DNA of 64,000 nucleotides from Chloropicon primus (Eukaryota). Of this stretch, positions 1 to 11,420 are shown one piece after another. The number at the start of each line of letters is the position of its first letter. Within the stretch, counting starts at the first letter, position 1. The stretch is from assembly GCA_023205875.1 (NCBI GenBank), contig CP060766.1, positions 434,001-498,000 on the forward strand, in the 5' to 3' direction. The notes beneath the pieces were generated by a model. The model saw nothing but the letters and a program-made list of their open reading frames with translations. It was not told the DNA's origin and made no database searches. The position numbers and the translations under genes were made by a program.

Positions 1-1533
1 GTCCGGGAACTCGAACTCCTTGTACCCCTCGGAGTACTGCAAGTTGAGCTTGGTCCTGTTGAGGTCCATTCCCAGGCCCGGAACCTTGTTGCTGATCTTG
101 AGGGTGATGGCCTCCTCGGGCTGAATGCGGATCACGAGCTCGTTGTTCCCCAGGGATTTGTCCCCGTACAGCGCGCCCGGGATGCTCTTGAACTGCATCC
201 TGATCTCCGCCTCCCTCTTGTCCAGGGCCTTGCCGGCCTTCATGAGGAAGGGGACGCCCTCCCACCTCGGGTTGTCGATGAAGAGGGCCGCGGCGGCGTA
301 CGTCGGGACGATGGAGCCCTCCGGCACCGTGTCGTCGTCCAAGTAGCCCGGGTACTCGGCACTGCTCGTCGTCCTGCTGGTGTACTGCCCCACCACCACG
401 TCGTCCAAGTCGAGCGTCCTCATGGACCTCAGGACCTTGACCTTCTCGTTCCTGATGTCCTCAGCGTCCAAACTCACCGGCGGCTCCATGGCGAAGAGCG
501 CCAGAACCTGGAGCAGGTGGTTCTGCATGATGTCCCTGATGATGCCGTACTGGTCGAAGTAGCCCCCCCTTCCCTCCGTCCCGAAATTCTCGCTGAAGAT
601 GATCTGAACGTTCTCCACGTACTGCCTGTTCCACAGGGGCTCGAAGACCAAGTTGGCGAAGCGCAGGACGATGAGGTTCTCCACCAGCTCCTTCCCCAGG
701 TAGTGGTCGATCCTGTACACCTGCTCCTCGGTCAGGTGCTTGGCCAGCCCCTCGTTCAGGGCCGCGGAGGTCTCCGAGTCCCGGCCGAAAGGCTTCTCCA
801 CGATCACCCTCGTCCAGCCCTTGGCCGCGGACGCCTTCTTCGAGGTGCACTCCGCAGCCGGAAGGAACACACTCGGTGGGATTGACATGTAGAAGATCCG
901 GTTGGCGTCCGCGTTCCAATCCGCGGGACAATCCATCAAGTACCTCTCCTCCTGAACCAAGAGTTTTTGGTTCAACCTCTCGAACCCTTCCTCACTGTCG
1001 TATCCACCCTGGCAGTAGAAACACTTTTGCAGGAACTCTTCCATCTTTCCAGCGCAGCTCTCTCTCTCATCCACACGGCACGTCAGCCTCGCTTCCAGAG
1101 AGCTGCGGAACTCCTCGTCACTCAACTCGGAACGCGCGTATCCCATGATCACGAAGTTGTCTGTCGGAAGCTGGTTCTGGTAATACAATGCAAACAAGGC
1201 CGGGATGACTTTCCTCTTGGCTAAGTCTCCGCTCGCTCCAAGAACAACGAAAGACAAGAAATCCTTGTTGTCATCCTTCACTCGGGAAGCGTTACCGGAC
1301 GTTACGGTCGCCGCACCTGTCTCCTTCCTCACGATACGGGGCATCCTCTCCGTCGCAGCACGACAACCTACCACGGAGGAGGAAGAGGATGAGGTTCGTG
1401 TTTGGAATGGGAATGAGAATGAGGATGAGGATGAGGAAGAGACTCTTCCTCTTGTGAGGTAGCGAAGATGTCGATGTCTCACAGGTCTTCTTCTTCCGAC
1501 GGTACGGGGAGGCGACGTGGTCTCCGTCCTCAT
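1..1533 (-). CDS. G6PD: Glucose-6-phosphate dehydrogenase, plastid-type; 3' end runs off the left edge of the window
   Basis: Manual minus-strand translation: [13 protein letters not shown] (NADP binding), [41 protein letters not shown]. The frame is open up to ATG 1533 (alternatives 1551, 1344) with a Ser/Arg-rich transit-peptide-like leader. Confidence 0.97.
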   Translation of the reverse strand, partial: MRTETTSPPRTVGRRRPVRHRHLRYLTRGRVSSSSSSSFSFPFQTRTSSSSSSVVGCRAATERMPRIVRKETGAATVTSGNASRVKDDNKDFLSFVVLGASGDLAKRKVIPALFALYYQNQLPTDNFVIMGYARSELSDEEFRSSLEARLTCRVDERESCAGKMEEFLQKCFYCQGGYDSEEGFERLNQKLLVQEERYLMDCPADWNADANRIFYMSIPPSVFLPAAECTSKKASAAKGWTRVIVEKPFGRDSETSAALNEGLAKHLTEEQVYRIDHYLGKELVENLIVLRFANLVFEPLWNRQYVENVQIIFSENFGTEGRGGYFDQYGIIRDIMQNHLLQVLALFAMEPPVSLDAEDIRNEKVKVLRSMRTLDLDDVVVGQYTSRTTSSAEYPGYLDDDTVPEGSIVPTYAAAALFIDNPRWEGVPFLMKAGKALDKREAEIRMQFKSIPGALYGDKSLGNNELVIRIQPEEAITLKISNKVPGLGMDLNRTKLNLQYSEGYKEFEFPD

Positions 1534-2031
1534 GATCGCGGTCGATCGCATCGCTGCCCTGTTGAAGAAGGCGCGTTCCCCTTCGAGCGCATCGATTGGG
1601 ACGTCCTCCCTTTATTGGAACATTTCAGAGTAATGCAACGTGGAGTTTTCAACATTCGTACAAGTATACTCGCACAAGATCGCACAAGATCGACGTTAGA
1701 TAAACTGAAATATTCTTTTTGGACAAAATATTCGTTACTTGAACGGAGAAAATCTTGGACACTCCTCACGCGTCTTTACACTCGTCTGTTGAGTTAAGGA
1801 AAAAAGGGAAAAAGCGGAAGGCGAGCTGTTCGTTTGGGAACGGGCCGAGTTTATCCTTGCTCTGGTGGGAACGTCGGCGCGTCAGTGGAGTGTTAAGGAG
1901 GATATAACGAATCTAAGTCTCGAGAGCTTTCGTTTGACACCTCGATTGTCCGATTTGGTGCCGAATTGCCTCGCGAAGAGCATCCCATCCATCCATCCTG
2001 CAGCACGGAGCAAGAGAGAGAGAGAGAGTGG

Positions 2032-4884
2032 ATGCCTCCTCCTCGTAGCTCCAGTGGTTGCCTCGGGCGCCGCACGTTCGTCGTCAAGTTAGATTTATCA
2101 TCTCTTCGTCGTCGACCTTGCCACCACCGAACGAAGCGGTTCAGACTCCGAGCCATCCAGCACTCCAAAACATCACCATCATCATCACCATTACCATCGC
2201 GACTGGATGGCGCGAGGAAGAAGCCGGAGGTGCTTTCTCCTGTCGGTGGGTGGTCTCAGCTCAAGGCTGCTGTCGCGAATGGCGCGGATGCGGTTTACTT
2301 TGGGGTGACCGACGGGCGGAGGACGGTGAACGGCAGCTTCAACGCCAGGGCGAGGGCGGAGAATTTTGACTACGAGGGTCTCCCGGAGGTCGTGAGTTAC
2401 TTGAGGGCGCACGGGGTCAAGTCCTACGCCTGCGTGAACGTCTTGGTGTTCCAGGAGGAGATCTCCAGGGTCGAGGAGTGCCTCGTGACCCTCAGGGACT
2501 CCGGAGTGGATGCCATCATCGTCCAGGACTTTGGCGTGATGAAGCTGGCGAGGGAGGTCGTCCCGGAATTGGAAGTGCACGCGTCGACGCAGTGCAGCGT
2601 GTCCAGCGCGCAAGGGTCGAGGCACGTGCAATCCCTCGGTGCGACCCGAGTCGTGCTGGGAAGGGAGCTGTCCCTGAGGGAGATCGGCAAAGTGGCTCGA
2701 GACCTCGAGAGCGGCGGGGATCATCCCATCGAGCTCGAGGTCTTCTGCCACGGCGCGCTTTGCGTGTCGTACAGCGGCCAGTGCTTCTCCAGTGAGGCTT
2801 GGGGGGGTCGCTCTGCGAACAGAGGGCAGTGTGCCCAAGCTTGCAGGATGCCGTACGGGCTCCTGGTGGACGGGAAGCTCAAGGACTTGCAAGACTTTTC
2901 GTACCTCCTTTCGCCTCAGGACCTCTCGGCGCTCGCGCTGGTGCCCCAGCTCATGGACGCCGGCGTCTCTTGCCTGAAAATCGAGGGCCGGCTCAAGGGA
3001 CCCGAGTACGTCGCTATCACGACGAGGATGTACAGGGAGGCCGTGGACAAGGCGTGGGAGCAGCGGCACGGGGCGGCCAGCGAGCACTCGGCCCCTTCGG
3101 CGGACGACGAGATGAGGGAGAGGAGGAGGATGCTGGGCCAGATCTTTGCCAGGGCCCAGGACGAAGACAACGACGGGCTCTCGGACGGCTTCCTCGTGCC
3201 GGACCACCAGAAGGTCGTCATCGGAAGGTCGCCGCGCCACCGCGGGGTCTACCTCGGTATTGTGGAATCCATCAACAGGAGGAGGCGCACGGTGACCATA
3301 AGGACTCCGGGCCCAGGCAAGAGGGTTGTCGATCTGAAGGAGAACGACGGCCTGGTCTTTGACAACGGGAGGCCAGAGCTCGAGGAAGCGGGGGGCACGG
3401 TCGTTCAGGCGGTGCAGCGCCAGAAGTATCTCGTCGAGGTCGGGTTTCGGCAGATCAATCTGTCTTGCGTCAACGTGGGCGACCGTGCTTTCCGTAACAA
3501 GGATCCGGGGCTCGAGAAGGAGATCAGGAGCATGGAATCCATGAAGCTGGAGGAGAGGAAGAACGGAATGAGGAGGCCGGTGGCAGTTGAAGTTTCCGGG
3601 AAGTTGGGAGAACCTTTTCGTGTAACCATTCGCGATGACGAGAGGGGTGGTAGCGTCGTCGAGGCGACCAGCCACGCACGTTTGGAGGAAGCAAGGAAGC
3701 AAGCCCTGACCGAAGAGTCCGTTGCTCGTGCCGTCGGCCAGTTGGGCGGCACGCCATTCAGAGTTCAGAGCTTCGAGTTCAACGTGGATGAAAATCTTTT
3801 CCTCCCGATGAACGAAATCAAAGAGGCGAGGCGCAAGGCCATTACAGAGATGATGGAGAAGCCTTCGGAGCCGCCAGGATCGCTGGCTGTGGTGCCAAGC
3901 ACCGCGGTGTCCTCGAGCCCTCGGGATCGGGAGGTCGTCGAGGCAATTGAAAGCGAAGTCTCACCCCGGCTGACCGTGCTTTGCAGGAACCCGGACCAGG
4001 TCTCGGCGGAGCTGCTCTCGCTCGATTTTGTGGACGAGATCTGCTTGGACTTTTTGAGCCTGGAGGGTCTGAAAGAGTCCGTGAGGAGGGTCCAGGGCGC
4101 CGGGAAGAGGGCGATCGTGGCCCTCCCGAGAGTTCTGAAGCCTTCGGAGGAAAATATGGTGGCATCGCTCTCGAAGTTGAGCGACACTTTGTTGGTGAGG
4201 AACACCGCCCAGCTCGAGCAACTCCAGCACCAAAAATCGAAGCGGTTGTACGGCGATTTCTCGCTCAACATTGCGAACAGCCACGCTGCCGAGGCCATGA
4301 CGCAGGCGTACGGCAACCTCGCGAGGTTCGCACCCACTCACGATCTCAACGCGGATCAGATCGTGAGGCTCGCCAAGGGCTTTCGGTCCTCGACTGACAT
4401 GGAGGTTATCCTTCACCACCACCTTCCTATCTTTCACACGGAACACTGCGTGTTCTGCCGCTTTCTCTCACAGGGCTCGAGCAAGAAGGATTGCGGGCAG
4501 CCCTGCGAGGAGCACTCGGTCCACCTTCGAGACCACCTGGGCAAGGATCACCTCCTTCTCGCAGACCAGGGGTGCCGGAACACTCTGTTCAACGCGCAAG
4601 CGCAAAGCGGAGCACGGTTCCTCCACGACAAGTTCCTGGTGGCGGGGATACGGCATTATCGCATCGAATTCGCGGACGAGCCAGCAAGCGCGGTGGCCAC
4701 CGTCGTGAAGGCCTACCAAGAGCTCCTCCTGGGGCACATGGACGCAGCAGACTTGGAGGAGCAAGTCCTGATGAAAATTCTCGATTCCAACGGCGTGCCT
4801 CAAGGCTTCACGACCGGGTCGCTCGAAGTCACAAAGGAAAGGAGCAAGTCCGTGATGAAGAAGACCGCCCACAGCCTCCGATGA
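2032..4884 (+). CDS. Peptidase U32-family Fe-S hydroxylase, long RlhA/YdcP-like form (U32 + DUF3656-like + C-terminal U32-like region), probably organelle-targeted
   Basis: PEVLSPVG, GADAVYFG, FNARARAENF, HASTQ, HGALCVSYSGQC...SANRGQCAQACR, LKIEGRLKGPEYV, HCVFC...CGQPC. First ATG in the ORF is 2032, followed by an Arg/Ser-rich leader. Confidence 0.9.
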   Translation: MPPPRSSSGCLGRRTFVVKLDLSSLRRRPCHHRTKRFRLRAIQHSKTSPSSSPLPSRLDGARKKPEVLSPVGGWSQLKAAVANGADAVYFGVTDGRRTVNGSFNARARAENFDYEGLPEVVSYLRAHGVKSYACVNVLVFQEEISRVEECLVTLRDSGVDAIIVQDFGVMKLAREVVPELEVHASTQCSVSSAQGSRHVQSLGATRVVLGRELSLREIGKVARDLESGGDHPIELEVFCHGALCVSYSGQCFSSEAWGGRSANRGQCAQACRMPYGLLVDGKLKDLQDFSYLLSPQDLSALALVPQLMDAGVSCLKIEGRLKGPEYVAITTRMYREAVDKAWEQRHGAASEHSAPSADDEMRERRRMLGQIFARAQDEDNDGLSDGFLVPDHQKVVIGRSPRHRGVYLGIVESINRRRRTVTIRTPGPGKRVVDLKENDGLVFDNGRPELEEAGGTVVQAVQRQKYLVEVGFRQINLSCVNVGDRAFRNKDPGLEKEIRSMESMKLEERKNGMRRPVAVEVSGKLGEPFRVTIRDDERGGSVVEATSHARLEEARKQALTEESVARAVGQLGGTPFRVQSFEFNVDENLFLPMNEIKEARRKAITEMMEKPSEPPGSLAVVPSTAVSSSPRDREVVEAIESEVSPRLTVLCRNPDQVSAELLSLDFVDEICLDFLSLEGLKESVRRVQGAGKRAIVALPRVLKPSEENMVASLSKLSDTLLVRNTAQLEQLQHQKSKRLYGDFSLNIANSHAAEAMTQAYGNLARFAPTHDLNADQIVRLAKGFRSSTDMEVILHHHLPIFHTEHCVFCRFLSQGSSKKDCGQPCEEHSVHLRDHLGKDHLLLADQGCRNTLFNAQAQSGARFLHDKFLVAGIRHYRIEFADEPASAVATVVKAYQELLLGHMDAADLEEQVLMKILDSNGVPQGFTTGSLEVTKERSKSVMKKTAHSLR

Positions 4885-5134
4885 ACCACGATGTAACACG
4901 CGAAGAAGATCATCCATTCATAATTACATCATCATCCACTTTTCTTGGCCTCTGGCTCTCCCGGGGATTTTCGAGAGAGGAGGTTGGACAGGGTTAACAA
5001 AGATAACGGTCGGGCTCGTCGCCTCTGGGCTTCGGCTTCGCTTCGAAAGAGAGGGGAAGGAAGGTGTGGAGAGGTCGGGATCAGGGGATGGAAGCAGCGC
5101 TCTTCCTCGACGACGTACGGTAAGAGAGAAGAAG

Positions 5135-6247
5135 ATGAATGACGTCTATGGCTTTCCGCTGAGGTCACCTCCGGCGATGATGTTGGGCGAGGGGCAAGAC
5201 AAGTCTGCCGAGGAGAAGCGGCGGCAGTGCGACGAGGACGAGAAGCATTATCGGAAGAAGTGGGAGAAGGAGTGGCCTGCACCCCTCAAGGGGGTGGTGC
5301 CCAAGCTTTCCACAGACCCTGGTGGCGGTGGGAGCGGCGGCGGCGGCGGCGGAGCGTTTGGGGGCGTGGCCGCTTGGCTGAGGTTCAGGCACCTGAAGAG
5401 CATGTGCAGGCAGGGAGTTCCCGCTCCGTTTCGTCGGGTCGTGTGGTACGAGGCGTCGGGAGCGGCGAGGATCGCGCGGGAGGAATCCGCCCATGTGCAG
5501 TACGGCTTGCTTTCCAGCGACGGTGCGGAGCACGAGAACCAGATCGAGCTTGATCTGCCGAGGACGTTCCCTGACCACCCTTGGTATCAGTCCGAAGGCG
5601 GCCAGTCCGCTTTGAGGCGCGTTCTTGTTGCCGTCAGCAAGTACTGCAAAGACACTGGCGGGTACTGCCAGTCCATGAACTACATTGGCGCGTTCCTTTT
5701 GCTTGCGATGGACAAGGAGGAGGAGAAAGTCTTTTGGGTCATGGTGTGCGTCATCAGGGAGAAAGTCCTTAGCTCGACGTGGAGCAAGCACCTGAGCGGC
5801 TGCCTGATAGAGATGGACACCTTGGGCACGCTCCTGCGGAAGAGGGAGCCGAGGGTCGCCCAGCATTTGGAGGCCATTGGTTGCGACGTGTCCTACTTTT
5901 CCACCGACTGGTTCTTGTGCCTGTACTGCAAGAGCCTCCCATCAGAGACGGTTGCGAGGATCTGGGACAGCTTCTTGCTCGAAGGGCCCAAAGTTCTGTT
6001 CCGCGTTGCGCTCGCGATCATCAAACTTTCGAAGAAACAGGTCTTGGCGTGCACGAATCCTGGGGACGTTTTGACGACTCTGAAGGGAGCCCAGAGCGCT
6101 TTGCACGACCGATGCAAGCTGATGGACCTCGCGTTCAATGGCTTGGGCTCCCTGCCTATTCAAAAAATACAAAAGTACAGAAGCAGGTCGAAGCTTGAGG
6201 TGGACACAACCTTGTCCAAAAGGGGGAGCTACGGTAAAGAAGATTAA
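5135..6247 (+). CDS. TBC-domain Rab GTPase-activating protein
   Basis: QIELDLPRTFP (IxxDxxR), GYCQSMNYI (YxQ), WFLCLY, RIWDSFLLEGPKVLFRVAL. Confidence 0.93.
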   Translation: MNDVYGFPLRSPPAMMLGEGQDKSAEEKRRQCDEDEKHYRKKWEKEWPAPLKGVVPKLSTDPGGGGSGGGGGGAFGGVAAWLRFRHLKSMCRQGVPAPFRRVVWYEASGAARIAREESAHVQYGLLSSDGAEHENQIELDLPRTFPDHPWYQSEGGQSALRRVLVAVSKYCKDTGGYCQSMNYIGAFLLLAMDKEEEKVFWVMVCVIREKVLSSTWSKHLSGCLIEMDTLGTLLRKREPRVAQHLEAIGCDVSYFSTDWFLCLYCKSLPSETVARIWDSFLLEGPKVLFRVALAIIKLSKKQVLACTNPGDVLTTLKGAQSALHDRCKLMDLAFNGLGSLPIQKIQKYRSRSKLEVDTTLSKRGSYGKED

Positions 6248-6274
6248 GTAAGCACTGCATATTTAAGCATTATT

Positions 6275-6783
6275 CTATAAAGAGCTTGTCTGCTCCATGC
6301 TCTCTCTTTGGCCTCTCAGCTGAGCCTGCGATAGACCAAGTGGTCGGGCGATTACCACGTCCATGGACTCCCCCTCGTCAAGGACCATGGTCATGACACC
6401 ATGCAGCTTTCCACAGACCACGCTAACCTCCTCAGGGCACAGTTCTGGAAGACAAAGCAAGGGACCCAGCGTAGCCTTCCTGTCCACGATGGAACTCATC
6501 GTCCTTCCAGGCAGATTGGAAATCGCTGCCCAATCACTTCCCAATTTCTCGTAGGATTCTCTCAGCACTTTGTCCTCCCCCGGCGTCCACAAAAGCTCTC
6601 CCTTTTCTTCTTGAGGTTCTTCTTGGGGTTCTTTTTTGGGCAAGTCTCGCTGTCTGGACAATGGTTCACGCTCAGTTCTGAGTACAATTGGCTTGCTTTG
6701 GAGACAACCGCCTCAAACTTCTTTACCTTGAGCGCGCGGCGTTGGGGACAGCGAGACAGCTCCCCAGCTCTATCCTTCTGCAT
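6275..6783 (-). pseudogene. Myb/SANT-domain fragment, apparently split over two frames (pseudogene, unresolved splicing or sequence error)
   Basis: WTPGEDKVLRESYEKLGSDWAAISNLPGRT is a Myb repeat, but its frame has no upstream ATG. A Lys-rich ATG-led ORF (6562..6783) overlaps it in another frame. Confidence 0.45.
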
Positions 6784-6921
6784 CTTGCGAACGAATTGAA
6801 ACAGGAGTTTCGAGATATCTTGTTGATGGCGCCATTCCCTTCGCCATCATCACCCCCATCCTCCTCCTCACCTCCTCACCTCCTCACCAATCTTAATCTC
6901 ATCTCTCCTTTCGTAACGCTC

Positions 6922-7215
6922 AGCAAGGAGCGGGCGGATTAGGCCCGAGGAGGGAGGAGCTAATCGCGGGAGAACGACGGAGGTCGAGGAGGAACAAGGT
7001 TCAGGGCGAAAGTACGTCTCGAGGGTTTTCCGTGGACCTCTCCCTTGACTCGTTTGGCCGTCGGAGTCGTCGGCTACGCGAGAGACAAGGGGAAGGGGCC
7101 AAATAGCAAGGAGCGGATTAGGCCCGAGGAGGGAGGAGCTAACCGCGGGAGAACGACGGGGGTCGAGGAGGAACAAGGTTCAGGGCGAAAGTACGTCTCG
7201 AGGGCTTTTCGTGGA
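6922..7215. repeat. Imperfect direct duplication (~112 bp copies at 6922-7036 and 7105-7215, period ~179 bp)
   Basis: agcaaggagc...ggattaggcccgaggagggaggagctaa...gaacaaggttcagggcgaaagtacgtctcgaggg appears twice with a few substitutions. Confidence 0.95.
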
Positions 7216-7231
7216 GAGGAGTTGCTGAAGG

Positions 7232-8944
7232 ATGAGGGCGTCGGGCGGAGCAGTTGCGAGGCTCCTCGCGTTTGCAGTGATCGGTGTTTGCGTGGCGGAG
7301 GGTTTGAACGTGAGCAGCGTTCCGGAGAGGTGGACGTACTGGTCGAACGACGAGATCGCCGAGTACGCGAACCTCCTCGCGAGCGAGAACCCAGCCCGGT
7401 GCAGAGCCGCGTCCATTGGCAAGAGCGCCAAGGGACAGGACATACTGGTGCTGAGCGCGACGACCAAGCCTGGAGTGTTCCTGAATGCAGGGATGGATGT
7501 TTCGGGAACGCCTTCGTTCCTGTACATCGGGAATATGCACGGCAACGAGCCCCTCGGCAGGCAACTGATGGTCTACATGGCGGAGGAACTCTGCGCGAGT
7601 CCAGGGAAAGCACCCGTGGCGAACCCTGCGATCCGCCGAATCCTTTCTTCCGGGGTGGTTCACTTGCTCTTCACGCTGAATCCCGATGGGTTCGATCTCC
7701 GTCGAAGAGAGAACGCCAACGGCGTCGATCTCAACCGCAACTTTCCTGACGCCATTCTGGGGTCCGGGAACATGACGCTCCTTGGCACCGAGGAGCCCGA
7801 GTCTCTTGCCATCGCAGGGTTCGCGAGCCGACTGGGGTCGTCTCTGGTCGGGGCGTCGCTGCTGCACGAGGGAGCCCTCGTCGTCAATTACCCGTTGGAC
7901 GGGGCGGCCTCCGGAAGTCGCCGCCAAAGGGAGCCAAACCCTTCGAGGGACGATGCCCTGTATCGCTACCTCGCCCAACGGTACATCGACGTGCAGCCGG
8001 AGCTTCAGAGCAACGAGGAATTCCCCGGCGGGAAAATTCAAGGGTCGATGTGGTATCCCGTCTACGGCGGTCTGCAAGACTACCTTTACAGGAAGCACAA
8101 CGTTTACACGACGACCGTGGAGATGAATGACCAGAAGTGGCCCCCCGAGGCCCAGCTCGGGGCGCTTTGGAGGCAGCACAGGGCTTCCATGTACGCGTTT
8201 CTTGACGCCTACCTCTGCCAGGGCATTACAGTCAAAGTGAAAAGAGGCCCGGACGATCTCCGTGTGGTCGAAGTAGCCATGGTCACCGAAGAGATGGGAA
8301 GATTGATGGTATTCTCGGGGTCGCTGGGGTACATCAACGGCGATCCCCAAGGAGACTCTTTGCTGACGGTCCACTACCCCGTGCCGCCTGGTGAATACGA
8401 CCTTCAAGTCAATTGGGTTGACAGGGGAGACACGTCCAGTGTAGGAGATCGACAACTCCTGCACGTCAAAGTGGAGGCGAACTCGAGAACCACGGTTATT
8501 GCGGAGAGGCCCGCCCCCGTCGTTTTTTCGGACCCGCTCCCGCCTCTCCCCCCAAACGCGGTGGATGAGCCCGATCTTCCTGCTGCCGATTCACCCTCGT
8601 CGAACGGCGACATCGGGGCGGAGCCTCCCCGGAACAACTTGGTCGTCCCAGGTGACCGCAGGCCGGGACTAGAGACGACTCAGGAAAACGAAATGGGGAC
8701 TCGGGGTGACGGGGTCATCTCCGAGGGCATGAGAAGCAAGGCGATGCTCCTGGAGAAGATCTCGTGGAGAAGGTCCCAGCGGGCCAACGAGATCCAGCAA
8801 GCGTCGTACGTCTCCACCGGGCTGATGATCGTCCTGTTCGTCGCCATCGTTGTGCTTGCCGCCCTCAGATCCAAGAAGTCGAGAGACCCCGCGCAGCGCG
8901 AAGGAAGAAGGAAGACCCCATCGAGTCATGTAAACCTTGTGTAA
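7232..8944 (+). CDS. Zinc carboxypeptidase M14 (N/E, carboxypeptidase D-like), signal peptide and C-terminal TM helix
   Basis: GNMHGNE (HxxE), NPDG, RENANGVDLNRNFP, LHEG, WYPVYGGLQDY, TVEMNDQKWP; hydrophobic N-terminus; TM GLMIVLFVAIVVLAAL. Confidence 0.93.
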   Translation: MRASGGAVARLLAFAVIGVCVAEGLNVSSVPERWTYWSNDEIAEYANLLASENPARCRAASIGKSAKGQDILVLSATTKPGVFLNAGMDVSGTPSFLYIGNMHGNEPLGRQLMVYMAEELCASPGKAPVANPAIRRILSSGVVHLLFTLNPDGFDLRRRENANGVDLNRNFPDAILGSGNMTLLGTEEPESLAIAGFASRLGSSLVGASLLHEGALVVNYPLDGAASGSRRQREPNPSRDDALYRYLAQRYIDVQPELQSNEEFPGGKIQGSMWYPVYGGLQDYLYRKHNVYTTTVEMNDQKWPPEAQLGALWRQHRASMYAFLDAYLCQGITVKVKRGPDDLRVVEVAMVTEEMGRLMVFSGSLGYINGDPQGDSLLTVHYPVPPGEYDLQVNWVDRGDTSSVGDRQLLHVKVEANSRTTVIAERPAPVVFSDPLPPLPPNAVDEPDLPAADSPSSNGDIGAEPPRNNLVVPGDRRPGLETTQENEMGTRGDGVISEGMRSKAMLLEKISWRRSQRANEIQQASYVSTGLMIVLFVAIVVLAALRSKKSRDPAQREGRRKTPSSHVNLV

Positions 8945-8960
8945 ACCATAATGTCAATCC

Positions 8961-9657
8961 CTTGGCCTGATCAGTGATGATCAATGACCTTCTTTCCCGG
9001 TTACCCCATCAAGCGAGGGTTCTTTGGAAAGAGGGAGAGGAGCATGAATTCATTGTCCTTCGACCTCCCACCGCCGTCCCCCTCCTTCCCCGCCATCATC
9101 ATCATCATCATCATCACCATCACCCTCTCTCCTCTCCCCTTGGCCTGCTCAGTGATGATCAATGACCTTCTTTCCCGGTTACCCCATCAAGCGAGGGTTC
9201 TTTGGAAAGAGGGAGAGGAGCATGAATTCATTGTCCTTCGACCTCCCACCGCCGTCCCCTCCTTCCCCGCCATCATCATCATCATCATCATCACCATCAC
9301 CCTCTCTCCTCTCCCCTTGGCCTGCTCAGTGATGATCAATGACCTTCTTTCCCGGTTACCCCATCAAGCGAGGGTTCTTTGGAAAGAGGGAGAGGAGCAT
9401 GAATTCATTGTCCTTCGACCTCCCACCGCCGTCCCCCTCCTTCCCCGCCATCATCATCATCATCATCATCACCATCACCCTCTCTCCTCTCCCCTTGGCC
9501 TGCTCAGTGATGATCAATGACCTTCTTTCCCGGTTACCCCATCAAGCGAGGGTTCTTTGGAAAGAGGGAGAGGAGCATGAATTCATTGTCCTTCGACCTC
9601 CCACCGCCGTTCCCCTCCTTCCCCGCCATCATCATCATCATCATCACCATCACCATC
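8961..9657. repeat. Tandem repeat, ~3.9 copies of a 177-178 bp unit containing a (CAT)n tract
   Basis: cttggcctg...cagtgatgatcaatgaccttctttcccgg starts at 8961, 9139, 9316 and 9494; copies are near-identical. Confidence 0.97.
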
Positions 9658-9829
9658 GTTCATCACCTCCTCCCTTTGGGCCTCCGATTTGGATGAGGGA
9701 GAAGGGTTTCCAGTGAGGGGAGGGGCGAAGCGGAGAGAGAGGAGAGAGGGGAGAGGAGGAGAGGGAGAGCAACGAGGAGTGGCGAGGGGCGAGGGGAGTG
9801 AGGTGCGATCCGCTCCGAGGCGAGGCGTC

Positions 9830-11026
9830 ATGACCGTGGAAGGTGTCACCGCCGTCACACCTTCCGGGGAGACTCTCCGCGTGAGAGAAGTTTGGGAGGA
9901 CAACCTAGAAGAAGAAATGAAGATCATAAGAGACTGCATCGACGAGTTCCCTTTCGTTGCGATGGACACGGAGTTTCCTGGCGTCGTCGCGAGGCCGGTG
10001 GGAAACTTCAAGAACTCGAGCGAGTACCACTACCAGACTCTTCGAGTGAACGTGGACATGCTGAAGCTCATACAACTTGGGCTCACGTTGTCGGACAAGG
10101 ACGGGAAGCTTCCCAGACACAACGAGGAGATATGCGTGTGGCAGTTTAACTTCCGAGAGTTCGAGGTGGAGAACGACATACACTCAGGTGAGTCCTCTTT
10201 CTCCTCCCCTTTGCCCTGTCCAGGCTTCTGACTCAAACCTTTCTTTTCTTTTCTTTTCTTTGCCTCTCCCTGCCTCTGCCTCTCTCTCTCTCTCTCTCTC
10301 TGTCTCTCAGGGGAGTCTATCGAGTTGCTTAGGACCAGTGGCATAGACTTTGAAAACATGGAGAAGCGGGGAATCGATGTGCACCATTTCGGGGAGTTGC
10401 TGATGTGCTCGGGGGTCGTTCTCAACGACAAGGTACGGCGACGACGCCTTTCGGTGCTTTTGGCTGCTCGTGCTCTCTTCCTCTGCCAAGGCCTTGTACT
10501 GACAGACCCAACACCTTGAATCGTTTCTTTCTCTCCTGCAGGTGAACTGGGTTACTTTTCACTGCGCCTACGACTTTGGTTATCTCATGAAGGTGAGTCT
10601 CTCTCTCTCTCTCTCTCTCTCTCTTCGGGTTCTTCCCTCCCCCTCTTCCTGACCATGGTCCCCTCCTTCTCGGCTTCGCAGGTTTTGACGTGCAAGGCAC
10701 TGCCGGAGACGGAATCGGATTTCTTCGAGGTCTTCAACGTTTTCTTTCCCAGAGTTTTCGACATGAAGTACATGTCAAAGTTCTGCAACGGCCTCCACGG
10801 CGGTCTCAACAAGATCGCCGAGGTCATGAAGGTGGACAGAATCGGTCCGATGCACCAGGCCGGCTCGGATTCCCTGCTCACGCTGGACACCTTCATGAGA
10901 ATGGTGAAGCTGCACTTCAATAACAACTTGGAGAACATCGAGAAGCACTGCACGGTACTCTACGGCCTGGGTTCTGACGCGTCGACAGGGACTCAAGAGA
11001 ACGGGTTCACGGAGGCAACCCTCTAG
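9830..11026 (+). CDS. CAF1: CCR4-associated factor 1 deadenylase; exons 9830-10187, 10311-10432, 10542-10592, 10682-11026
   Basis: [55 protein letters not shown]; three GT-AG introns keep the frame. Confidence 0.96.
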
Positions 11027-11420
11027 ACCACGTGGCAGCTTTGTGTGTAAAGGTATCCCTATATTATGTGTTCATCATGATTTTATATAAGTTTCGTTAT
11101 ATCAAGAGAAAAGCAAGCCATCTTCCGGGGCACGAACATAATAAAACTCACCGCAAAGAGTATCGGAATGCACCGGGCCCCTGACATCGAGGTGCGACCT
11201 GGGAATCGGCATGATTCATCCCATCCTCCCCTTCCTTTCTTCCCCTTCCCTGCACTCCTCTTCCCAGCAGCAGCAGCGGCAGCACTCCACCTTCCCCGTC
11301 CCACCTTCCCCGTCCCCCATCTCCATCCCATGAGAGAGAGATCCCACGGACAACGTTCCTAACGGCCGAGGTAACGGGCGAGCGTTTCGAGTTTGGTTTG
11401 TTTGGAAGAGAGAGAGAGGG

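Noticed and set aside
8961..9657. Tandem box C/D snoRNA cluster or CRISPR-like array (GTGATGA in each unit)
   Set aside because: No downstream CTGA box D in the unit, no terminal stem and no unique spacers; a 10-nt match to LSU rRNA is not placed before a D/D' box.
8974..9716. Poly-His / poly-Ile ORFs
   Set aside because: Translations of the (CAT)n tract; the frame shifts between repeat units.
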